Below are positions 1-7,644 of a stretch of 22,708 nucleotides of DNA, one piece after another. The position numbers were made by a program, and so were the translations under genes. Source of the stretch: Balamuthia mandrillaris (taxonomy: Eukaryota). The stretch covers positions 248,001 through 270,708 of the forward strand of contig JAVKOQ020000039.1 in NCBI GenBank assembly GCA_031835245.2. The letters run 5' to 3'. Position 1 is the first letter of the stretch. Every line of letters starts with the position of its first letter. Below the pieces are notes generated by a model. That model did not search any database. It saw only the letters and a program-made list of their open reading frames with translations, and was not told where the DNA came from.

Positions 1-2
1 TA

Positions 3-974
3 GTTCTTGTCCCTCGCTTTGATTCGCGCCTCCCCGAAGAAGAGTTGGCGGATGGACTTGCTGTGGTTCCACGCCCTGGCTTGGATGCTGAGAGACTGGC
101 TCTTGTCCTTCCGACCACGGAACTTCATCTTGAATCCAGTCCTGCCCGCCGCCAAGCTGGTTTTCACGCCGTTGAAGAAATCATCGACGGCGTCACTGCG
201 AATGTATCGAGGAGTTTCCAACACCCACGCAAGGCTCTTGTCCTCTCCGTTGAAATTGCCGTTATTCAGGAATTTCTCCCTGACTTGTTCCTTCATCTCC
301 TTAAGAGGCATTCCTTTATGTTCACGATGGAACTCCACGGCCTTGTTGTAGGTCCATCGTACTGTGCCGAACCACTTGGCCAGCGTCTTCTTTTGTTCTG
401 AGCGCGGATAAAGGCGGATCTTCTCCACTCGCCCCACTACCGGTTTCTCCTCTCCGTTCTTGCCTTTTTTGGTGAGCTGTACGGCTGGGCGAGACGGAAC
501 GAGTCCCTCGATGAGGCCTAACAAGCCTTTCTGGTTTTTCTCCTCTCCTTCCTTCTCCTTCTCCTTCTCCTTCTCCTTCTCCTCTTCCTCTTCCTCCTTC
601 TTCTCCTTCTCCTTCTTCTTCTCCTCCTCCTCCAACACCTTTTCTCCGTTAGGAATGTGCTTGCAGGCGGTGAACCATCCTGAACCACAGGCAAAGGGTT
701 CTTCCAAGCACAAGGCTTCCGGGCGTATTGATCTTCTCCCGATTTCGCTGGAAAACTGGTTCCAAAAGGGCTGGGCAGGTGCAGCCTGCGGCCTACCACG
801 CTTCTGTGCCCTTGCCTGAGGTGCCGCTGGGGCGTTTTCCGCTCTTCTTTTCCGAGTAGCAGTGGAAGTAGCAGAAGTAGTGGCGCGACCCCCTTCCTTG
901 TGAACCCGACCGAAGTGGATGGCCAACCCGTGAGAGGTAGCAAACTTTTTTCCGCACTGTGGGCAACTTGCCAT
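3..974 (-). CDS. Fanzor2/TnpB-family RNA-guided endonuclease, N-terminal 324 codons (runs off the window's left edge)
   Basis: Manual translation from ATG 974 is stop-free to the edge, so the ORF track misses it. It reads MASCPQCGKKFATSHGLAIHFGRVH (C2H2), a Glu/Lys tract, then VEKIRLYPRSEQKKTLAKWFGTVRWTYNKAVE (HTH_OrfB_IS605-type TnpB start), AWVLETPRYIRSDAVDDF and FKMKFRGRKDKSQSLSIQ, typical TnpB/Fanzor2 motifs. The RuvC catalytic motifs lie outside the window. Confidence 0.88.
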   Translation of the reverse strand, partial: MASCPQCGKKFATSHGLAIHFGRVHKEGGRATTSATSTATRKRRAENAPAAPQARAQKRGRPQAAPAQPFWNQFSSEIGRRSIRPEALCLEEPFACGSGWFTACKHIPNGEKVLEEEEKKKEKEKKEEEEEEKEKEKEKEKEGEEKNQKGLLGLIEGLVPSRPAVQLTKKGKNGEEKPVVGRVEKIRLYPRSEQKKTLAKWFGTVRWTYNKAVEFHREHKGMPLKEMKEQVREKFLNNGNFNGEDKSLAWVLETPRYIRSDAVDDFFNGVKTSLAAGRTGFKMKFRGRKDKSQSLSIQARAWNHSKSIRQLFFGEARIKARDKN

Positions 975-1007
975 TCAGGCCAGCTTCCAGCAGCGTTGTG
1001 GAAGAGG

Positions 1008-1558
1008 CGCACAGAGGTCCATGATGCTGTTCTTTTTTAAACAAAAGAAATCATTAGTGAGTGGTTGGTAACAAATTTTGTTTCCATCATCAAAAAATGT
1101 AGTGAGCGAGCAGAGAAAAAAGAACGCTACCTTTTCAATCGGAGCAGTGCCCCTGCCTGCGGCTGAACCGCTTCGGTTTCCATCTCTGCCTCCTTCCGCT
1201 GGTTTCCTCCTTGTGTAGTAGAAGCGTAGCAATCAGAAATACGGTGGTGCGTGGAGCTGCGTGGATGTGTGTGTCTGTGTGTTTACTTTTGAAAAGAAAG
1301 AAAAGAAGAGAAGAGAAGAAAAGAAAACGAGTAGCAGAAAAATGTCAAGGCGACTGGCGAGTACCAAAAGTTTATTGGCGGCAGCAGCAGCATGAGCATC
1401 CATTCCATTCACCCCACCCCACAACCCACCCTACCACTTTGCCGACGTAGGAGAAGGAAGGGTTGTTTTGGCGGGAAACATGCTCATTGGCCCAAAAGAC
1501 TAATGTCGTGATTTCTTTTTTCGTTGTCCTTAGATCCTATGATCTTTGCGCCGCCTTA
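1008..1558 (-). mobile_element. Left end and 5' non-coding region of the Fanzor element (copy 1)
   Basis: About 550 bp highly similar to 21476-22022. Homology ends abruptly after plus-strand GCCGCCTTA in both copies (minus strand TAAGGCGGC). No transposase ORF is seen between this end and the Fanzor ATG. Confidence 0.8.
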
Positions 1559-1651
1559 TTTTGTATCTGGGCGGGAAAAAAAGGCAAACACCACCCTCCT
1601 TGTGCAAACCTATACTGAGAAAGGAAGAAAGAAAGAAAGAGGGCAGCAGAC

Positions 1652-2172
1652 ATGACGGTAACGTAAGACCACGATTGTTGTTGTCAAAGGGTCTCTCACT
1701 TGGCTATTTCAGTCGTTAGCTGGGCCACGAGGGGCATACGCTAGCCAAGAAGGAGCAGAAAAAGTGTTCTTGGCAGAAGGGCGGACGGACGGGAAATCCA
1801 GCAGCTTAGCGTGGGTCCTGTCTCAGCTACGGGAGATACGCGCCCAAACTAACAGGTACTTTAGCCTCATAGTCCCACCAGCCTTCCCCTGTTCTCTGCC
1901 GAAACATTCAATGTATGAAGAAATGCTCACCTTTGTCCATCAGCTACTTCAGTGAACTTGTTAACGCAGAGAAGGCATCGCAGGCAAACGCCAACGGTAA
2001 GCTAATAAAAACCCTCTCTGCGGTTCATTCTTTAACGTTACTGCATACCGCAGAAAATGAGGAGGCGGAAGAGGAAGACGAGGACTCGGAAGACGAGGAT
2101 GATAGCGAAGCACAACCAACAACCAAAGAGGATTTAAGGAAACAAGATAAGAGGACAAAGCGCGCAGATTAA
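1652..2172 (+). CDS. Small acidic protein, probable KEOPS/EKC subunit Gon7-like (~106 aa; exons 1652-1657, 1713-1855, 1944-1996, 2054-2172)
   Basis: GT-AG splicing gives MTSLAGPRGAYASQEGAEKVFLAEGRTDG...VLSQLREIRAQTNSYFSELVNAEK, then an acidic tract and a basic tail. This resembles Gon7 as recalled (Y-x3-G-x-EK-x-F strand, amphipathic helix, acidic tail). The first exon is uncertain. Confidence 0.5.
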
Positions 2173-2556
2173 GACGTATGGCTTACTGGGGTTACTGCCA
2201 GCTTGTACACTTTCCAATATTGTGGCGCTCTCGTAACAATCACCTCACCGAAAGAGAAGCAAAGGAAGAGAGAGAAGAGAGGAGAAGCTGTTGCTGCCAG
2301 CAGAACAGCTTTGTTTTATCTGCAGATGCTAGTAGCAGCAATTGAAAAGGAGCAAGGCGGAGTAGAAGCTGGTTTTTGTTGTGGAACAGCCTTTGGCTCC
2401 TCTGTTGACTAAGAAATCACGGCTGTAGCGAAACCACATGCATTCGCCGTCGATGATGGTTTTGTGTGAATTGAAACAGAGGCAACAAAGTGCCCCTGAG
2501 GCCAGCTACGTGGCAGTCAGTCCATTTTGTGGTGTTGCGTGTGCCCAACAACCCCC

Positions 2557-5432
2557 TCAGTCATGTTCCTCGCTGGCAGCAGCAACGGGAAATATAAAGT
2601 CAGGGTTAGGTAAGAACTCATCCTTCACAAAAGTGTAAGAGATGCAGTGGTGGCGCAACCACTGCTTGGTCTTAGCTTTGAGTGGCTCTGGTTGCTTGTC
2701 GACGTGGTCCCAGTAGCGGTCATTTGTGACGATTACAGCTGAGTGCCTCTTGGCGTACTCAATGCAGTAGCTGTCATCATAGTCCTACAGACAAGCAGTA
2801 GTATGGTTTAGAAACGTAGGGTGAAGTATCAAAGTTGAAGAAGGAAGGTGGCATACCTGTGGCGGCGTTAGCACTACAAAGCCATCATCAACGAGTTTCT
2901 GAAGTAGAGGAAGGTCGTTGGCCATCGGCAGAAATTCTACCAACTTAATAGCACCTTGCCCTGGCTTACGCGTAAGGTAATGCTGGGGCAGAAACGCCAC
3001 CACGAAGTGGCCACGCTGTTTGTAGTAGTCGATGGCCAACTTAATGCCTTTTACCGAAAATTCTTTCTGGCGACCATGCCGCTGTTCCCGTTCAGCAAGT
3101 GGGTGTAGATCATATTTTGTTTTGTTTGCATTTTCCAAATTAACCACACAGAATAGGCGATAGACTACAAACCACAAGGGAAATGAGGAACGTACAACTG
3201 CAATGTTGGGGCCATCAAGAACCACCATTATTTTCTTCCGTTTCTTTCGGCTACGCTGCCTCCGCTGTTTGCTCGCTTGACCTGACGGCTGTTGGTTTCG
3301 AGTAACTTGTATTGAATCTGTAGGTACAACAGGCAGAATACCAGCCCCAAGACAACCGGAAGGCGATACCTCCTTTAGTCCAATGGTAAGCTTGGTGGAA
3401 AAATACAAGAAGAGAAGCAGCAGCAGAAGAAGAAGAAGAAAAACAAGAAGAAGGTGTAAAGATAAAGAAAACGAAAAAGAGGGTACCTGTGCCTCCGGGT
3501 TGTCTGCTACAAAAGGAGAAATGGGGCTGGATTGGGCATTTAAAGGCACAAGGGAAGGGGTGGCAGCGCTTCCTGTGTTAGGGTCGCAATTGGTAGAGGC
3601 AGCCTTGGTCGAAGGTTGACAGTCCATAAGGCTCTCTACTTGCCTCTGTTGGTGCTGCAACAGCTTCTGACGTTGTAGACGTTCCCTCTCCATAACGAGC
3701 CATCGGATGTGCTCTTCCTCTTGTTCCTGAATTCGTTTCTTTGCAGCTTCGAGCTCTTCTGGAGAGAGCGGTTGGGGTGCTGGAGACATGGACGTAGTTG
3801 AAGCAGTCGTTTGGTGTTGAGGTTTGGCTGGCAGAGACACGACTAGGGAGTCCCCCAGCAACGTCAGGAAAGGCAGTTTGCCTACGTTCGTGGATAATAA
3901 ATCCTTTATGATTCTTGTGTTTTGTTTGTCTAAGTCTACCAATACCCGCCAGCTGGGGTGTTTGTGAGCGCCACCGAGTGGGCAATTGCTTTCAAACGGC
4001 CCCAAGATCTGCCCATAGGTAAAGCCTCCAGCGCTTCTGTTAGGATGAACATTATTAATCCTATTATTAGTCTTGCTGCTCTTATTTCTTACTTTAGTGA
4101 AAAAAGGGATGTGATGCACGAACCTGGGGACTAGCACTTGTTCGTCCTTAACGAAGGTATTATGGACTGAAAATACAGCATTATTAACATCCTTGAACAT
4201 GGCCGGAGCTCCAACGTTGTGACTTTGGCCACCGCCAGTTGGTAGCTGGGGTAACTCGTTGTTCTGGTCCAGGTGTTGAGGACCGGATTTAGCCAATTCT
4301 GTTGGCGTCTCGTCCAACACAAATGCAGCCTTGCCATTGTTGTTGTCATTGTTCTCTGCATTTGTAGCTGCCTCTGCTGAGCGTGGGGATGTCGCTGAAT
4401 CATTCTCTGGCTGTTGGTAATGTACACCAGACCAGAGGATAGTTTCTTCTTCCATTTCGTCGCTTTCGTCCTCTCCAAGATCTTGCAGGCCTTCCATTGC
4501 TGCTGCCGTCGTTGTTTGCGAGTGGGAACTTCTTGCACTTTTTCTTGCAGCGGAGGTGTCATCCTTGCTGCCAGTTGTCACTACTGGCTGTGGTTCTTCG
4601 CTCTTCTTCAGAATAGACAGCCGTCTCTCTGTTTGAGCCGCAGAGGCCTGGGTGAGCAGCTTTCCAAGGCAGATGTTGGGAAGATCTTTGTAAAGATTTG
4701 CCTTGCCGCGAATATTACAATTGGGATAGGCCACACGATATTGATGGTGGTGGACATCCTTGGCGTTGGCGTCCAAGTAGCAGTGCTTCACCACGCTGTG
4801 CCCTACCACTTTGCCATAGGTAAAACCGCCACGAGATCGCGGTACTAGCACTACTTCTCCTGCATTGAACTTGTTGGAGTGGCGGAAAGTACTACTTCCC
4901 ACTGTTTCACATTACATTCCGTACCACCACACCACCCAACACGCAAACGCAAACGCGAACGCGAACACGAACCAATAGCACACGTGACATCAAGAACAAA
5001 CACAACAACGCAACTTGGTAAGGCAAAGAGAGCAAAAGAAATCCGAATAAAAGACTTGTTGTTAAGATACAAACCATCTTCAGCAGTTGGGCACTGGCCA
5101 AGAGCACGCTGCTCTTTCTCCTCTTTTTGCTTATCCCCCAAGGAGAGCCTGCGCGAGGCACGCCTGTCTGATCCCGTTTGGTTGATGGCGACAGGGGCGA
5201 TGACTTGCTGGGTTGAGACGGGTGCTGCTGTGTTGTGGGGACGTCCGCTGTTTCTTGCTGGTTTGCCTCGTCCTCTACCTCGGGTGGAAGAGGGAGGAGA
5301 ACTGGCGGTGTCCAACTCTTCCAGCACCACTGGGCTCCTATTTTTGTGGTTGCCGTGCAATTCGGGGCGGGGCTTCCTACGACGGCGCCGCTGAACAGCA
5401 GGCTTGGCGTTGTGGCTGGCTTGCTTTTGCAT
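2557..5432 (-). CDS. Zc3h12/Regnase-type NYN (PIN-like) ribonuclease with two N-terminal SH3/Tudor-like repeats (~771 aa; exons 5432-5075, 4901-4124, 4036-3487, 3372-3196, 3081-2857, 2784-2557)
   Basis: The spliced C-terminus reads VVLDGPNIAVRHGRQKEFSVKGIKLAIDYYKQRGH...VLTPPQDYDDSYCIEYAKRHSAVIVTNDRYWD...CISYTFVKDEFLPNPDF, the Regnase NYN motifs (DGxN, YDD, TND). All introns are GT-AG and phase-consistent. Confidence 0.88.

Positions 5433-5436
<4 letters not shown>

Positions 5437-5474
<38 letters not shown>
5437..5474. repeat. (TC)n/(GA)n microsatellite immediately upstream of the NYN gene ATG
   Basis: Perfect dinucleotide run seen directly. Confidence 0.95.
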
Positions 5475-5477
<3 letters not shown>

Positions 5478-5881
5478 GGGTTGTTGGGTGGGTGGTTGCA
5501 ATTGTTGTTGTTTGCAGTTGCTGTAACTTGGCCCAGTTGCTGTTCTTCTTGTTGTTGTTTTTTTTTGAGGGGGTTGGGGGTTGGGGGGTTGGGGGTGTTG
5601 GGGGGGGCAGAGCGTGACTGCGGGTGGCGTTGAATATTTTTCACTCTGGCACAACATAATAGGTCAAATGGAAGCCACCGCAAACAACAACAAGAAGAAA
5701 GCAAGCCATCACAATTGCAACCACCCGCCCACACCCATCCAAGAAATACAGGCATTGCAGGCCCACTGAGCAACAACGAAAACCTCTTGGCTAACCACAA
5801 TGTTCTCTCTTTTATTTATTGCAAACAACAAATAAACGAGAGTGTGTGACGAGAGCTTAAGGGATTTTATCTTCGTCTGCA

Positions 5882-5931
5882 TTACACAACGACACGGGCC
5901 TGTCCCATTGGTTCCAACCAATTTAGAACAA

Positions 5932-5981
<50 letters not shown>

Positions 5982-7311
5982 AGTGGTAAGAGTGAGGAAT
6001 GATAATACTGGAGGAGGTAGGACGTACAGGGGTTTTGACAACACAATCGCCGCCATGCTTTTTAATTTCTGCCCGAATAGCCTCTATCGCAGTCTCCAAA
6101 GAGCTGATTCCACGCTCGTGATCTGTGGAGGAAGTAACGAGAATATACTCGGGGGAACACACCAATTGCACCTTTGAAGAAAACAACGCAAAAGAAATGT
6201 TAAGCGCTGTGAACAAACAGGCAGCATACACCATGCCACCATGCTCAAGAGCAAACCTTAATTGGCGACTCAGAGCTGCACTCCTGACCGGCCCTTAGGG
6301 CTGGTTTTATGGCGTCAATACCCTCATAGCTGAAACACGTTACTTGGATATCAGCCTGAACCTTAACAGGTTGAGAACCAAGGCGATGCTGGATGGCTTT
6401 CAAGAGGGTATCCTTCAGAATTTCGTCCACCTCTAGGCCCTCAAATATGTCCTCCCCGCTGCATACAGAGTATAGGAAAGACCCCAGTCATTGTAGAATT
6501 AAGCAATAGGCAACCAAACCAACAACAAAACAAACGAGGAAAACAGGAGAAGGAAAGGAATGGGAATGGGTATGGGTATGCACCTGGCTGCCTTCTTGAA
6601 GGCATCATAAGCGTGGCCATATTTGCGGTAGAGGGGCCAACCGAGTTGTGCGTAAAGTTCTTCCATGGTTTTGGGGGCGGCTCCCTCCGGAACCTCTTGT
6701 GTATCAGCAACATGGGCCATAATGCTGTGCACTGTCTTTGACTTCATGAACTTTTGGGTGCATTCTGCGATGTCCTCCTCCTTTAGGTTTTTCTTGGATA
6801 AGTCGATGTAGCCTTGTTTGGTGTGTGTTTTTCATCATTTTTTTTCAAGTGTGGCGTTGTTTTTGTTTTGTTGCGTTGCGTTGTGTTTTTAAAGAATACT
6901 GTGAGAAAGCAGCGAGGCAGAGGTGGGCAGGCAGGCAGGCAGAGCGTGGTGAGAGCTACCACCCAGCTCACCCTCGCCACCATTTATAGAAAAGGTAGAG
7001 AGGGACAAACCTTTTTCTTTGTCCACCCTGAGCACTTGCAAGACCTCCTGTTTTCCAACGCGGATGTGCTTGTTGACAGAGCGCATTCTTCTTCTAGAGA
7101 GCTCTGAAAGCAGGATGATGCCTTCCTTGTTGCCATACTCCAGGAGGGAGACGAACGCACCGATGGTGGAGATTCGGTTCACTCTAACCATGACTAATTG
7201 GTCCACTTCCGGGTACTCCTCTTCATACATACGGCACTGCTCGAACTTCTTTTTGGTGCCCGTTTCAGCCTCTTCTATGAGGGCATCCGACAAGGAAACT
7301 GTGTTTTGCAT
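5882..7311 (-). CDS. EIF2S1: Translation initiation factor eIF2 alpha (~297 aa; exons 7311-7011, 6812-6584, 6458-6257, 6171-6028, 5899-5882)
   Basis: [17 protein letters not shown]...[24 protein letters not shown] (Ser51 loop)...[15 protein letters not shown]...KSKTVHSI...[15 protein letters not shown]...[17 protein letters not shown]. The GT-AG introns are phase-consistent. Confidence 0.96.
5934..5974. repeat. (GA)n microsatellite in the last eIF2-alpha intron
   Basis: Perfect dinucleotide run seen directly. Confidence 0.95.
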
Positions 7312-7644
7312 GTTGGTGGTGTTGTTGTTGGTGTTGTGAGGGAGGGAGGTTCGTAGGGAGTGGCTGCTTGGTTTGTGGCAGAGGGGGTGGTGGTGAGTTT
7401 TCTGTTTTCTGCTTGCCGCCAGCAGGGCTTAGGGCTTTGTGAGTCGATATTTTTCTCAAAATTTGTTCATTTTCCCCTATTTTTCGATTTGTTGTAATTC
7501 AAGTGATTATTGTTGACGACCTTCGATAAATCATCCCAAGCAGCAAATTCGAGGAGGAGGAGGAGGAGGAGGAGGCTTGAAGCAAAGCTCGAAGAACAAG
7601 GAGGAGGAGGAGGAGGCTTGAAGAGCGGTCGTAGCTGTGGCGCC
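7312..7644. promoter_or_regulatory. Short divergent intergenic region, probable bidirectional promoter (eIF2-alpha / SET gene)
   Basis: The two predicted ATGs (7311 minus, 7645 plus) are head-to-head 333 bp apart. There is an AT-rich core near 7445-7530 and (GGA)n runs. Function is inferred from layout only. Confidence 0.5.

Noticed and set aside
7..819. Plus-strand ORFs 7-351, 45-401 and 460-819, and Arg-rich minus ORF 518-1012
   Set aside because: Antisense or alternative-frame shadows of the Fanzor ORF and its GAG/AAG tract. No independent motifs.
975..1232. ORF ending in TGA directly before the Fanzor ATG in the same frame (possible readthrough or uORF)
   Set aside because: No recognisable protein features. 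The ATG at 1023 is ACG in copy 2, and the similarity to ORF 21449-21700 only reflects the DNA repeat.
2785..4902. 705-aa ORF as a single-exon membrane protein
   Set aside because: It includes three in-frame GT-AG introns, and the hydrophobic stretch is a pyrimidine-rich intron. The NYN domain is completed only by exon 2784-2557.
4851..6234. Multiple overlapping ORFs with RERERE/LSLSLS runs
   Set aside because: Translations of GA/TC microsatellites, UTRs and introns. Only 5432-5075 and the eIF2-alpha exons are supported.
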